From positions 57,350,001-57,414,000 of the forward strand of contig OX597814.1 of NCBI GenBank assembly GCA_951406725.2: a stretch of 64,000 nt of DNA. The letters are read 5' to 3'. Shown in pieces: positions 35,934 through 50,398 of this stretch. Each line of letters begins with the position of its first letter. Within the stretch, counting starts at the first letter, position 1. The DNA is from Octopus vulgaris (lineage: Eukaryota). Below the pieces are notes generated by a model that saw only the letters and a list, made by a program, of their open reading frames with translations, searched no databases and was not told the DNA's origin. A program made the position numbers and the translations under genes.

Positions 35934-35990
35934 GGTACGAATCCAACTTCACAACCTCAGGCTAATCCATTAATGCGAGCACCGTTTGGG
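35934..35990 (+). CDS. PRPF40: PRPF40 exon 2 (GTNPTSQPQANPLMRAPFG)
   Basis: Polypyrimidine tract with tag acceptor, gtaagt donor, 57 nt open, phase 0/0. Confidence 0.7.
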
Positions 35991-37877
35991 GTAAGTAATC
36001 TTTTAAAAAAAATTTTTTTTTTGCTGTAGTAGTTATATGTACTCTCTATCTATGTGGTCAGTTATGTATCTAAGCTATATTTGCTACAATTCTTTTTCCC
36101 TCCAAGCATTTTGTCTATTGTGGTTTGTCTCCAGACATGCTGCAATGGATAAAATGCTTGGAGGGAAAACTAGTGAAGAACTAGGTACAATTTAACTTTT
36201 GGTAACTATGGGAAACAACTGTAGATGTGTTTCTATCCTAATTTAACTTCTTTGGTAAAGCATAGCCTTGACCATTGTGAGAATTATTAAAGAAATGTAC
36301 GAGAATGTACACTTGTTGGTGTAGAAAATATTTAGAGAATGAATAACCATATTGGGATTGACTTTCATTTGGTGTGGGTGTAAATATCACATTGAAGGGA
36401 GTGGTCCAAGAATTAGAGCTGCTATTCTTGGAATCCATTAAGTTTTATATGTAAATCCTTGTGACAAAATATTTTTGCAATCTGGTAATAGTAACTAGTG
36501 CAGTAATACTTATTTGCAAATTTGGTGTGTATTATTTTGTTAAACTCTTTTACTGAGAGGTGTTTATGTACACTCACATCTATGTTGGCACTTAAAGCAA
36601 TTACCAAAAGCCACCAAACATCGTTTGGTTTTTAAGTGATGACTGCTCTTTTTTTAATATAATTGAACTGGAGCACCACTTTCTCTTCAGTACTTGTTTT
36701 AATCAGGTACAGTCTTTATTACTAAGTTATACTTTCACATAAGGAACACAACTTGACACCACCCATTAACATGTGTAAACATACAGACACAGATATATGC
36801 ATACATGTCATAGCAAGGGAGACACCATTAATTACCATTGTAAAAAGAACTTCGGTGGTTTTGCTCATACAATTTTGCTGCTTTGCTGAAACTTTTCAAT
36901 GGCACTTCATTTGGGTTTTGCAGTATTACTGCCACTCCATTTGTTATGACAATAAGCGTTCCTGTTGATCCGATCAATGGAACAGCTGTTCGTGAAATTA
37001 ACATGCAAATGATTGAGCACTCCACGACCCTGCATACCTTAACCCTTTAGTGTTCAGATTATTCTATCAAACATAATGCTTATTGATTCCCATTGATTTG
37101 AATTAATCATGCATTATCCCATATCTTCAAGATCTTGATGGTGTAATTACATAATGTAGAATAACATTGTAAGGTAGGTGTGAGAGCCTGGATCTGGTCA
37201 GTTTGAACATAAGACAGATTAGCTATTTTGGCCAGATATGGCCGGTTTAAATACTAAAGGGTTAAATGTAGTTTTCAGAGAAATTTCATGTGATACAAAA
37301 TGTGACAAGACTGGCCCTTTGAAATGCAAATACAGCTCATTTTTGCCAGCTCGGTTGACTGGATCAACTTGAAATAAAGTGTACTGCTCAAGGTCATAGC
37401 ACACTACTAGGTGTTGAACTCATGACCTTATGATTGTAATCTGAATATGCTAATCACTTGGCCTTCGCTTGCAGTAATACAGGGCTATCAAAGCCCTCCT
37501 GCATTATCTCTATCTAACTTTTTATAGCTGTTCAGTGCTGTTGCGTGGCATCTTGGACAAGTCTCTTCTATTATAGCCCTGGGTCAACCAAAACCTTGGT
37601 TGACCCAAGGCTATAAAAGTTCATCATATTAGTGTGTGTATATAAATGTTTTTGTACCCTTGTCCTTATTGTAAATGAGCATCACTATCATACAAGCAAC
37701 ATTGTTTGTTTTTAGTCACAAAAAAATATGCCTAACCATGATGGAAATATTTCTTTGCTTGGAACAGTTAGGGGTTGGCAACCAGAAAAGCATCTACCTC
37801 AACCAATTCCATCTGACCCTTGCAAACATGGAAAAGTGGACACTAAATAATGATGATTAACACATTATCATCATCAT

Positions 37878-38566
37878 TACCTCTACCAAGGAAGGAGGTT
37901 ATATTTTCATCGGCGTTGGTTTGTCTGTCTGTCTGTCCGTCTAATAACTAAAAAAGTTGTGAATGGTATTCGAAGAAACTTGCGTGAAAAGTTGGTAATG
38001 ACACAAGGAATAGATGATGAAATTTTGGTAGTGCTCCGGGAATTTTTATGGATTTTCGAAGGATTTTTTATTTGTTATATTTGCTTTACATGAAGTATTA
38101 CAATGTTACATTCTTTGATTATCTCCCTTGAAAACATGATCATAGTCTCCACTTAACCTATGGTGGTGTTGCTGCTTCCAAAGTTTATTTTCGTTTCTCT
38201 ATTAGTAATTTTACTCGCGTATCTATCTTAAAATGAGCTGCTTGGTGGAGGTCTGCAGAGGATGAGGTGACAAACCTTGACTATTGGGATCGACTCAAAA
38301 AGCCAGGCTTTGCTCCCTCTACCGCCGCTGTGAGCTCTATATCATCTGTATGATGTGGAAAATATTCCATCAACATTGCCCATCTCTCTTCAACATCATG
38401 CCAGACACACATAAAGGAGGAAAGTGGCTGTGTTATTTTTTTAAACCCCGTCAAGGAGGTTATATTTTTGCTAGTGTTGGTTTGGGAAATTGGACAATTT
38501 TCAGCATGTGTGTATATGGGTGGAAATGAGCTGCTTGGTGGAGGTCTGTGTTCTCCGAGTGCTTAT
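37878..38566 (+). mobile_element. Two Helentron-associated (HINE/DINE-1-like) elements flanking a CR1-like fragment (about 38270-38400)
   Basis: Subterminal inverted repeats cctctaccaagg / cttggtggagg, internal (GTCT)n, 3' stem-loop. Confidence 0.6.
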
Positions 38567-40491
38567 TTTAATGACAAGCAGGGATGCTGTATATCTTTTC
38601 TAAAAGCAGTATACACCTGGTAATCATCATCATCATTCTTTAATGTCCATTATTCCATGCTGGCATGAGTTGAACGGTTTGACTGATGTATGGAGAGCCA
38701 GCGACTGCACCAGGCTCCAATCTGATCAGGCAATATTTCTACAGCTGGATGCCCTTCCTAGCGCTAACCACTCCGAGAGTGTAGTGGGTGCTTTTTACGT
38801 GCCACCGGTAGAGGAGCCAGTTGGGTGGGCCTGACATTGATCACGTTCGGATAGTGCTTTTTATGTGCCACTGTCACAGGGGCCAGTCAGTAGGTATTGG
38901 CATTGGCCACATTCGGATGGTGCTTTTCACGTGCCACTGGCAAAATGAGTACAAATTCTGTTGCTCAATGTTATCTTACATCACACCAGGATCAATAAAA
39001 TAAAATGCTAATCAAGTTCTGAGGTTGATTGTATTGACTAAGCCCCTCCCCATCCCCTCAAAATTGTTGGCCTTGTGCTTAAATTAGAAGCCTCTGCTAA
39101 TACTCATCATCATCATCATCATTTAACATCTTTTTTCCATGCTAAATGATGATGATCACTAGTCTATTCATTGTCATATAATACTGTCGTTATTAATTCA
39201 TAATTGTCACTACTGCCACCATATCAGCAACAATAACGAACACCCATGTGATTCCTTGACATCTCACAATATTACATCCTATTATCAAATGTCATCAAAT
39301 GTAGGGGTTACATAAGAATAGCAACATTGACAACAAAATTAAATTGTGCAAAAATGTAATTAAAGACTAAAAAGTTTTGCAAACTTGTAGTTTTTGGATT
39401 TAACTGCACTGTGTGGTCTCTTGAGTGATTGTCCTCTACAATAACTTTAGGTTGGTAAATGCTGAGTGGATTTTGGCGAATTGAAATCATTATCATCGTC
39501 TTTTAATGCCCATGTTCTGTGCTGGCATGAATTGGACAATTTGAAAGGGTCCAAGAGGTGTATTGTGTTCTGGTGTCTGCTTTGGCATGGTTTCTATGGC
39601 TGGATATCCTTCCTTATACCAATCATTTTACACAGTTGTGTGCTATCTTTGTGGTACAAATGAGATCAGTGTGTTGCTTGCAAGACAAAGATTTCCTTTA
39701 AATAGGGCTACAATAGAGAGGCAAGTTTATGCTAGGAGAATGAGAAGTTAAAGTATGAGAGAAGTGGCCAGAATAGAACAGGTTTCTTGCTATAGAGGTT
39801 CTGCATAGCAACTTGCATTATAGAAGAGAGGTTGGGAGTAATTGTGGATCTGGAGAGATAAAAGTAATGGTGATAAGGTGTTGGGTACAAAGTACAAAAA
39901 TGGTGATTGAAGATAAGTGGGAACAAGAAAAGGGAATGTGGGTGAGTAGAGGTTACAGGAACATTTGGTGAAAGTGTGAGATAGTTAGATATGGGGAATG
40001 GATTAGAGGGTGAATATAATAAATACAAGTATTGAAGGGTGATAAGAGTAGGTTGGAGGGAAGAGTAGGTGATGATTTTAGGATTAGGTAGTGTTCAGTG
40101 GTAAATAGAAGTTGACTGACAGTACAGAAGGGGTTGAATAATGGCAAAGTAATAATGAATGATGCATTAGATGGGAATGATGAGAGAAGGATGATATGGT
40201 GTATAGAAACATGTAGTGTTTTTTTGTGTTTGTATCGGTATATTTTGTATTTGACTTGGCCACTGCTCAAGTAGTGATGTATTTTTATGTTTTATGCATA
40301 CTGCAACTCAGTTTGAATTATCATCACCTTATTTGGAAAGCAAGTAGGAGTTGACATCACATAAAAATGTTGCCACAGAAGTTTTATCTATCCTAGTAGG
40401 GTAGAAAAACAGACATAAATAATTTAATCCTTTAGCATTCAGATTTTGCTCTCAAATGTCATGCTTATTTAATCACATTGTTTTGATTTAA

Positions 40492-40710
40492 CCCTTTCAT
40501 TACTGTATTATTTTGAGATGCTCTGTGTTTCTTTCAATTATTTTAAATACAACAAAGAATTTAGTAAAATAACTTGGTTATTATTAAGCTAGTGCTAGGA
40601 ACATAAATTGTGACTAAGGTTTGGTGGAAGATTTTAATTCAAAACTTATGGAAACAAGACATTTGTACTCGGAGCCAGAGCCGGTTTCAGCCGGGTTGGT
40701 AACGAAAGGG
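40492..40710. mobile_element. Second piggyBac-like MITE nested at a TTAA inside the first family
   Basis: TTAA-CCCTTTCATTAC ... GTAACGAAAGGG-TTAA. Confidence 0.8.
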
Positions 40711-41389
40711 TTAACCATGCATTATTTTGTAGCTTTGAGATTTTGATGATGTGATTGTTTATTTTTACAATGTTGAAGTGTTAAGTGAAATTTGGCAATC
40801 GAGGATCGAATCCATGCTATGCTTGCATTAAGCCACTACAAATACGTTTTGGAATAAAAAATTTATGTACTGTCATGGTAAAAGTGTAACTGTAAAAATG
40901 CAGAATTATCGGAGTAATGGGCATTCAAAAAAGTATATATGTATAGAAATATATGTACGAAGTCTTTAATGTTTAATATACAAATTATGGAAGTACAATA
41001 ATAATGTTTATCAGTTCAAAACTGTGAGCAGTGAAATGCAGAATTAGTCGGCTGATCACTTTGCTAAACTCTGCAGGTAGTATGAGTTATTTTCCTTGGG
41101 ATTTTTAAATAAAATATTAGTAATATGTAGTAGATAGAAGGATCTGTTGGAAGGGCCCTATTATTGATTTTTTCAACAGTCACGAGGTTTCCATACATGA
41201 GTTCTTACTCACATATCAAATAAAGTATAAAAGTGATATTGTCTGCAAAAATTAGAAATAGGACACACAAAAAAATCAATATTCAAAATAATTGAACCGA
41301 GGCTTCCTTCTCTTGTTACTCTTGTGTTTGTTGTCTTTGTTTTTCATACTTTGCTATATGTCTAATCTCTATATTTTTTGCTTTTCTAG

Positions 41390-41513
41390 ATTGGGCCTGT
41401 TCCTCCAGGCCCAGCACCACCTGGTTTTATACCCACAATGGTTGCAGGTGGTCCAGGACCAAGTCCAGATATGATCAAACCTCCTCCAGTTATGCCACCT
41501 GGAATACCACCAG
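41390..41513 (+). CDS. PRPF40: PRPF40 exon 3, Pro-rich (IGPVPPGPAPPGFIPTMVAGGPGPSPDMIKPPPVMPPGIPP)
   Basis: ttttctag / gtaaga boundaries; 124 nt, phase 0/1. Confidence 0.85.
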
Positions 41514-42399
41514 GTAAGATATTTTATTGCTTTTGGTTTCATGTATAATAGAAAGGGATACAGGGACTAAGGGTAAACTGGCAATCAAACGATAATTTCA
41601 TCAATGTTTGTGTATTTGCTGGCATAAGATGGACAGATTTGTTTCAGTTTCAGTGTGATTTGAAGGGAGAGAGCTAAACCAGTCTCTCCTATGTTATAAG
41701 TTCGCTGCTAATTTGTTGCTTTATACAGCATCTTCTTTTGCAAGCGACTTCTATTTACATTATTTGACACATTTTCACCAACTCCTTCATGTACATCACA
41801 TATCCATACCAGTGTATTCTTTGTATTAGCATACTACAGCTGATACCTTTAATACCTAGTTTTTCTCTTCTCTAACTTGTATTCTGTCAGTATATATATA
41901 TCCAGTAGAACATGCTCCATTTATTTCTTTTCCAACCATTGCACTTCCTCCACATTCAGAATATAAAACCATGCAGTTTTGTATTCTGTACACAAATGTT
42001 GGGAAATGAAACGCATTATTACCAAAGGATAATAGCTCCATGAACTTTCTACCTTGTCCTTACTCTGGCTACTATGCTTTTGCAACACCCAGCTGCACTG
42101 CTGAATAGGTCTCTAAGTATCTTGAGCGAGCTGCTGAAGGATTTCATATCTTGGGTGTTCTTACTGCGTATTACTTTTGTGCATCTATGAAATCTTTTGT
42201 CTGTCATCCTGTATGAGATTCCTCTACAATGCTTTTCTAATCATTGTTTAGCTATCAAATTGCTAAGAAGAAATATTTCCTGAAGTATAACATGTGACTG
42301 GCTAGTAGTATAGTCAATCATGTGATGCAATGAATGACATAGCAGCATCATTGTTAGTTGCTACAAGAGCACAAGAGATTCTCTGTAAAGATGTTACTT

Positions 42400-42830
42400 C
42401 AGAGAAATTAAGCTGATGGACTAAACCATGAAAGTGGCAGAGAAATTCTGAGATGAGATGCAGTTTAGGATTGTAGTTGGATGTGGAAGCACTGATGCTA
42501 TCTTTGAGAGGCAGTTACACAAATTCTTGCCCTAACTATATCTAGCACTTTTTTGATTTGGAGACAGTTTTTAAGAAACTATATTCACTATTTTGGTGGT
42601 TGCTCTAAAAAAACCCAGAGAAAGGTGAATAGCATGTAGTTGCTGTGCAAACCTTGTACAAAGATGCTCTTAGCAGAATGAGAATTGGCAAGCTCAGTGA
42701 CAAATTAAGCTTGTGATTAAGTGCCTTTCAAGGAATAATTTTTAGTCCACATTTTAGTTCTCTAAGCTACATCTCTAGAGTTCATGACGATTTGTCCATG
42801 GAAAGTCTTGTTTAGCAATGACCTAATAGT
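42400..42830 (+). pseudogene. Old decayed RTE RT fragment
   Basis: MQFRIVVGCGSTDAIF, LAxFDLE and VQTLYKDA-like remnants. Confidence 0.5.
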
Positions 42831-44035
42831 TTCTTTAAGAAGAGAGCATCAGTCCTGCATCTCTTCTCAGAGAATTCCCTGATGAACTTCATGATCTGCT
42901 CCATAAGTTTAATTTCTCTTGGTAAAGCATCTTTTTTGGCCTTGGAGCAGTTGACAGTATGCTGCTCCAGCTGTTATTGCACCACCTTATTTCACTGTTA
43001 TTAGTCAGCATGTGTCCTACTTCACTGAATATTTCATGATCTTGTTGACTATCTCTGATGGCCTATTGCTTTCTTTACCTTCATGTCTTTAATAACCCCC
43101 TTAAGAGCTGGTTCCTTTGTTGGATCTATTTCATGTAATTCCTGTTTTTATCACTTATTCTCTTAATATTTGTTTTTGTAATTTCCATGCCTCTTGTCTC
43201 TTGGTGAGAGTGAGTGCTCTGCAATTATTCTTTATTAGTGGTGCCCTGATGAACACAGACATACTGCCCCTCAATTTAAAATAGCTCCTAACAAAGAACA
43301 TTGTTAAATCTCTAACATTCAGCCTTTTCTCTGTTTGATATACATATTTTTACATATTTTTAGCTTTTTTGTCTACCTGATACCATTCTTTGCTTCTTAC
43401 TTTTTCCATGTTTTGTTCCTTTTTAATCCTTTCTGAGTTTTCTTTTTTAGCTTTGTCTGTTGTACTATTCTACCATCATATCAGTCTTTGCTTGCTAGAA
43501 CCTTGTTACATAAAAAAAAAGAAAAAAGTTTTGTTCCTACCTCTTTAGAAAAATGCATTATTTTCCCTTAACTTAGATTGCCTACATTTTTATGTTGCTG
43601 TTGTTTTAGTAATTTATTCTTAAGTCAGCCCTGGTTAAGCAGATATAAGATGAAAGATTTCTGAGTTATAACCTCCTGTCTTTGGATTATATTATTCAAT
43701 GTGCCCACTGTTCAAGACAACAGACGGAGATTTGGCTGATATTTCTTGCTGTTTGAATGTGTAAATTTTTCTCATTTGGTCTCAGCTGAGTTAGCTTAAG
43801 TAAAATAATCTACATATAAAAAATAAAGATTGTTCTGTTAATATACATCCATCATATCCATGATGACATACAGCTTTCTCCTGTTTCAGGTTTTCAGTCT
43901 TGCTTTTGATTCAATGTTAGCTCTTGAATTTTTGTGATTTGTTTGGCTAATTAAGTCAAACAAACCACAAGCCAATGAAACTATTTTATTGAAACTTTGT
44001 TCATTTTTTTTTCCATCTTAATATTTTTTTTCCAG

Positions 44036-44173
44036 CTTATACACCTGTACCACCTTTTGTTCCTCCCCGTTCTAGTTCTGGAGCTGTACCAACACGACCT
44101 GGGGTACCACCACGCCCTGGAATACCACCTCCTGGATTACCTATCCCACCTCCAGGCTTTCCACCCACAACAG
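44036..44173 (+). CDS. PRPF40: PRPF40 exon 4, Pro-rich (AYTPVPPFVPPRSSSGAVPTRPGVPPRPGIPPPGLPIPPPGFPPTT)
   Basis: tttccag / gtatgt; 138 nt, phase 1/1; a second in-frame donor follows 44182. Confidence 0.85.
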
Positions 44174-46644
44174 GTATGTCAGGTAATCATTCATTGTTTA
44201 CTCTTCCTTAAGGTTTGTGAGGTGCTTCAAAAGTTTCCTTTCTTCTCAAAGAATCTTGAATTTTAAATATACAGATATTTACGATGCTATATCAGAAAGC
44301 TCTAAGAACATTTACATTCTTATGTTGCTTTTTTTATTTACTGAGGGCTTTGCTGGTCAATGTTGGCTGTGTATCAGTGCATGTATATGCAATCCTGATA
44401 AAAATCTTTTGAAGGAAGATTGATAGCTGTCTATACATGCAAGTCTCCCCGCTTCATGCTATTGATGTTTATCATAGGGAATGGCCACTAGGTTGGGCTG
44501 ATCCAGCTTGGCAGCAGTGCTGTTGTGGGTGTCACTGTTGGAATGCAAGGAAGCAGAACAGATACTCAAGGTATCTTGCCTGATTCGATAACAAGTCTGC
44601 TAATCCACTGCCTTAGATTGGTTATTATTCTTATTGATACTGAAAAGATGAAGCTGATTGCTGCAGGATTTGATTTTGGAGCATAGAGAATTTGGCCAAA
44701 TACCACTGTGGCGTAACAACTTGGACAATTTGCTTACTAGTTAAGCTATATTCTAGGCCCAGCTCTTCTGTTTCCCTGCTGGCATGGGATTCAACATGAA
44801 CTGATGAACCAAAGTGCAGCATTGAGCTCCAATGTCTGCTTAGGTATGATTCTACAACTGGTGCCGTTCCTAATGTCAACTTCTTTACAGAGTGTACTGG
44901 ATGCCTTTTTCCTTATAAGATAATCTATCGTTGTTTATACAGAAGCAATTGTATAATTTCATTTGCATCATTTGTGACTAGGATGATGATGAATTAATTT
45001 CTTAATTACCATACTGTCATTAAATTCAACAACCAAATCTTTCACTCAACATTATAGATTTTCAGTATTCATATGTCAGTTATTAAGATACTATTGTAAG
45101 TTTATTGAGGAAAAAGGATGTTAGGCTTCTTATGTAGTTGCTGGCAATCTGTCTGTATACTAGTCTCACAGGATCTTCTCATGAGAGATAGGAATAGTAC
45201 ATATATGTTGTTCTATTGAACTTTTTATTTCAAGACACTAAAACTGAGTAGGCTGGTGTAACTATATGTAGGCCAATTTTCCTATGTTGTTGAGCCATCA
45301 GGTTCATATTGTGGGAGCTAATGTTGAAAAGCCTCATGCAGTATGGTGTTTTTATAAAAAACATTGACCACTATATACCGTTAGTATGTTGGACAAAATA
45401 CTTAGTAGCATTTCTTCTGGCCTAACATTCTTAGTACAAATTCTGCTGTGGTTGACTTTGCCTTTCATCCTTGAGCACTGGTAGTTGAGGTGATTGACGA
45501 ATACTCTCCCACCAAATTTCAAGGTGTCTTTCACTATAGCCCCGAGCTGACCGGAGCTTTGTGATTGAATTCGGTAGGTGGAAGTTACTGCCGTGTGTGT
45601 ATATGTGCGTGTAGGTGCTTGTGCCTCTCCGAAAGAGAGAGAGGGATTACATGGTTAGTTTATGTGGAAAAATCATATTGGAATCTCATAACACTTTTTA
45701 CAAAAACAATTCAGGCTGGTGTTGATATATTTTATACACTATGAATCCAAACTATTTAACTTCCCAATGTATCATATCACTTTCCTGATCTGCTTTTTTC
45801 TTTCTTTCTTTTTATTAAAGAATCTTTTTGTACTAATGTATTTTCTTGTTTGTCACAATTTCAAACTGTACTAATTTTTGTAGCCCCTGTCTATTTTTGA
45901 CACACACACAATCGGCTTCTTTCAGTTTCTGCCTATCTAATCCACTCACAGGCTTTGGTCAGTTTGAGGCTATAGTAGAAGACACACGCCCAAGGTGCCA
46001 CATAGTGGGACTGAACCTGGAACCGTGTGGTTGGTAAGCAAGCTTCTTGCCACACAGCTATGCTGATTTCAGTGATGTCATTGTTTATTTTTAGAATGAC
46101 ATTGTAGGGTTGGTGTAAGAGGCCAAATCTAGCCAGTTTGAACATCAGAGCTAGAATATTTGGACTTGTTATGGCTGGTTTAAATGCTAAAGGATTAATT
46201 GATGATGTTGAATGATATTGTATATGAATAATGTGATATTTTATCGTCATCATCATCCACATTTAGCATCTATTTTTCCATGCTGGCATGGGTTAGGCAG
46301 TTTGCTTGGAACGGATAAGCCAGAAAGCTGCACCAGGCTCCTGTCTGTTTTGGCTTGGTATCTGGCTGGACACCCTTCCTAATGCCAAGCACTCCACGGA
46401 GTGTAGTAGGTTCCTTTTAATGTGTCATCGGCACCGGTATCTTTTATTGGCCACAACTACAGTTTCACTTAGCTTGGTGTGTCCTCTCAAGCACAGCTAA
46501 TTGCCAAAGGTCTTTCTCACTTATCATTGCCTCCATGAGACTCAACATGTGAAGATCATACGTCACCACCTTGTCCCATGTCTTTCTGTCTTTGATTGTA
46601 ATATAAGAAAACATTGTAATTTTGTGTTTAACATTGAATTTCAG

Positions 46645-46766
46645 GCACTCCTGTCTCTCTTCCTGGTGCTTTACCTGGATCTGTTGGTCAGACACAAACC
46701 ACCCAGCAACCATCTTCCATTGCAGCTTCCTCAACCACTTCTATAGAGTGTAAACCTGCTGAAAAG
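46645..46766 (+). CDS. PRPF40: PRPF40 exon 5 (GTPVSLPGALPGSVGQTQ...ECKPAEK)
   Basis: tttcag / gtcagt; 122 nt, phase 1/0. Confidence 0.8.
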
Positions 46767-48245
46767 GTCAGTGATAGTTTTGTTATTGCTTCACGAGCAT
46801 TTTGTTTCTCCTGTTACAATGTTTTTGTATAAATATAATAATGATAAAGATATATGTTGGCACAAATCTCAAATTTGAACTTAAATTAATAATCAAGAGG
46901 TCTCTATGTAGTTGCTCTACTGTTTCAAAGCAGCGCTTATTGCTCCTTCAGCTCGTACCTTACCTCTTTTTTAAAAGGACAGGAAACATTGAATGTACAA
47001 TATCTAAATAAAAGCCATATTGGTTATGGCTGGAACACTTGATCATATGTCTGCTCAGCAAAAAAGGAAAGTAATCTCTTTTAGGATTTGAACTCTAAAC
47101 ATAGAGACCTAAAATTTAATAGTTTTAGTGATCTAGTATGGCCTACTAATATTTCAGTTACTTTTCTGCTTCATGTACTTATTATAAATGAAAAGGCAAG
47201 TAGCAGTGTTTGCATCTTTATTCTGCCAGTATATTTTTAACCATTTTGTGAACATGTTCCTAATGAAATGCCATGCCTGTAATCATATACCCTTAACTCT
47301 TGGTGGAATTGTTAAGTGTACCTTTGTAACAAATGGCATATCTTGGACATTATTAAAACCTGGCAGAGCCCATCCCTTTTGAAGTCTGACTGAACTGATT
47401 TCATCCAGAAAAGGCGAGAAGAAACAACTCAGTACTTGTCTTGTATGCATCTTATTGATCTTGAAACAATGAAAGAAAAAGTTGACCTTCGTGTGATTTC
47501 AAAGCAGAGAGAGCTGGAACTAATGCTACAAACAATCTATTTTTTGTTATAATGACTTTGCTAATTCATTGCTTTATTCTGCCTATGTATTTCATTGAAT
47601 TTTTAAAGTAATTGAAAATTATGAGGGATTTAGCAAAATTACATTTTTGTTATTAAGTAGTATTTGGAAAATAAACTACCAAAAAATAGTTAAATGAAAT
47701 TATTGCAATAGCTTTTTAAATAAGAGCATTTCAAATGAGTTGTTTTGTGTTACAGAAACTGGTGGTAGTCTCAAGAGATTGGATATTATATCATCATTGT
47801 CATATCATCATTTAACGTCTGCCTTCCATGCTAGCATGGGTGGGACTATCTATTTTCTTATACTAATGTTAGGATAAATAGCTTTGCAAGTGTTAGATAC
47901 TTGCATCTGAATTGTTACAGCAAGTATCCTGTTACTATACTCTTTATACTGCTAGTTACTTAATTTTGATAGTTTTTTTTTCTTCTTTTAAGTAGGTATA
48001 TTTAGGTAAACTATTGTATTCTTTGCTTTGGACATGACAATGATGGTTGCAAGAAAGCAAATAAAAAGAAAAAACTTTCCATTAACCTTTAATGTGTTAC
48101 TGCTTAAAACTTCTACCCTGTCAAAAGTATTAACCTGGCAGAGCTCATCCTTTTGTTGGTTATGGATTATGAGCTAGTTGAATAGAGACTAGAATTTACC
48201 ACAGCTTGAACTTAATGAACTGCATAAATCTTCTGTCATAGTTAA

Positions 48246-48395
<150 letters not shown>

Positions 48396-48748
48396 TGAAG
48401 TGTTTCTGATTTGTCAGTTTAGAATTACTGTATATCTGTGTGCACCTTTTGGTGTGTATTATTTTCTCACAGCTTTAACTTACATGTGTAGTATGCTTAA
48501 TATAAGGAATATTTAAATACTGCTTGTATATAAATTACAAAGCTATATAAATATGTATTTGCTATTATTTATTGTAATCTTCTCAATGTAGTACTTACTG
48601 TCAGTATTGTGTACTGGTGATAGTGTCTTCATGTCCCTGTAGTTGATATGCATAAAAGACAGTTTATTTGTTTTATGGCTGTTATTTCCCCTTTTATACA
48701 CATGTGAAGCCGTGTTTGAATTGTAATTTTTTTCTTTTCCTAAAATAG

Positions 48749-48937
<189 letters not shown>

Positions 48938-50370
48938 TAGTTTTTAAACTTCATTCCACAGTCATAGAACCGTGTTTTCATCTACAAATTTTACAGCAGG
49001 TAATCATATAGAAACTCCTAATTGTCGTCTATGTTATAAGTCTATCCTCTTCTTGACTTAGCTATTAACTAGTTCTTTGAATTTATGTTCATATCTTCTT
49101 TCATCAGATTTTTCGTCTCCGAGTTTGTTTGACTATTATTCAGTAATTACTTGATCACTCATCTTTATAGACATATATAAAAGAAAATCTTTTACTAAGG
49201 GCAATGGAGACAGATTTTTCAATTTGCACAGTTTTTACTTATTGCTTGCTGTTAGTTTTTTGTTAATCTTTTTTCTCTTTTGAATTATTTTTTAACTTTT
49301 GGTCTAATTTGTTCAATAGTCAGAGACTTAAGACTAGAGTTGTGTGTATAAATGATGTTGATCATCGTCATTTAATGTTTGTTTTCCATCTTGGCTTGGT
49401 TGGATGGTTTGATGGGAGCTGAATAGCTGAATGGTTGTTCAGGTTCCCTATCTGTTTTAGCATGGTTTCAACAACTGGATGCCCTTCCTAATGCTAACCA
49501 CTTTACAGTGTGTCCTGGGTGCTTTGTATGTGGCAGCAGCACCTATGAGCCTGCAACATTAGGGATGCTTAGCTGGAGAGGGTTGCAGGGGATGAGCATG
49601 CATGCAAGGGCAACCATGCTTTTATTTAGCTTGACATCTTTTCAAGTACAGCAAACCACTAGGAGTCTCAGTCCCCTGCCATCCTCTGTGAGTCCCAACA
49701 TCTTTGGTTTGTAAAATATGAAATTTCTACTCAAGATACTGAGTCCTTTAATCATGACATGCTGCAGTATTTACTTACAGTTGTCACAAAAATGATACCA
49801 TTTTGTTCATATGGGAGCCTCTATACAGTAATACTAGTTGTAAGTCTTCAAATCACATTCTACTATCATCATAGAAAGTCAGAATGCCTGACTTATTGGG
49901 TTGTGGATATGTTGTCTGAATAGGTGGGGAAAAGATGGACTATTCATGGCTTGAACACTTTTAATGTTTGGCCTACTGAGCTAGCCTGCTCATTAAAACT
50001 TGCCTCAAAGCAAAACACTGTATGTGTTCATTTCTTCAGGATAATTATTGGGATTTTAAAACTTTTATTATGGAGCATTTATAATAATTATGTTACATTG
50101 TTTTCTACAGCATTGAAAATCATGCTTAAACTTGATAATTGTGACATCAAAAATAAGAAAATAATTTCTGAAGAGAGCAATTAAATGTTACTGTGATAAT
50201 TCCATTGAAAATATTTAACACTCCCCAACCATTGTGTGATTGCTAAACTTATTGTTAATGAATACATGTTCCTAAATATTAATCCTTTGATTACAAACTG
50301 TTCTAAAGCATTATTAATCAAATGTTTTCTACAAAAGTTACATCTTCAATTATATTCCTTTCCATTCCAG

Positions 50371-50398
50371 CTATGATAGTCAAGCAAGAATTAGATAA
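50371..50398 (+). CDS. PRPF40: PRPF40 exon 8, 28-nt microexon (AMIVKQELDK)
   Basis: ccattccag / gtgagt; needed to bridge phase 1 (exon 7) to phase 2 (exon 9). Confidence 0.85.

Noticed and set aside
39780-40220. Purine-rich tracts (also 26910-27335 and 63270-63600) with ORFs
   Set aside because: Low-complexity, decayed repeat sequence with no recognisable protein motif.
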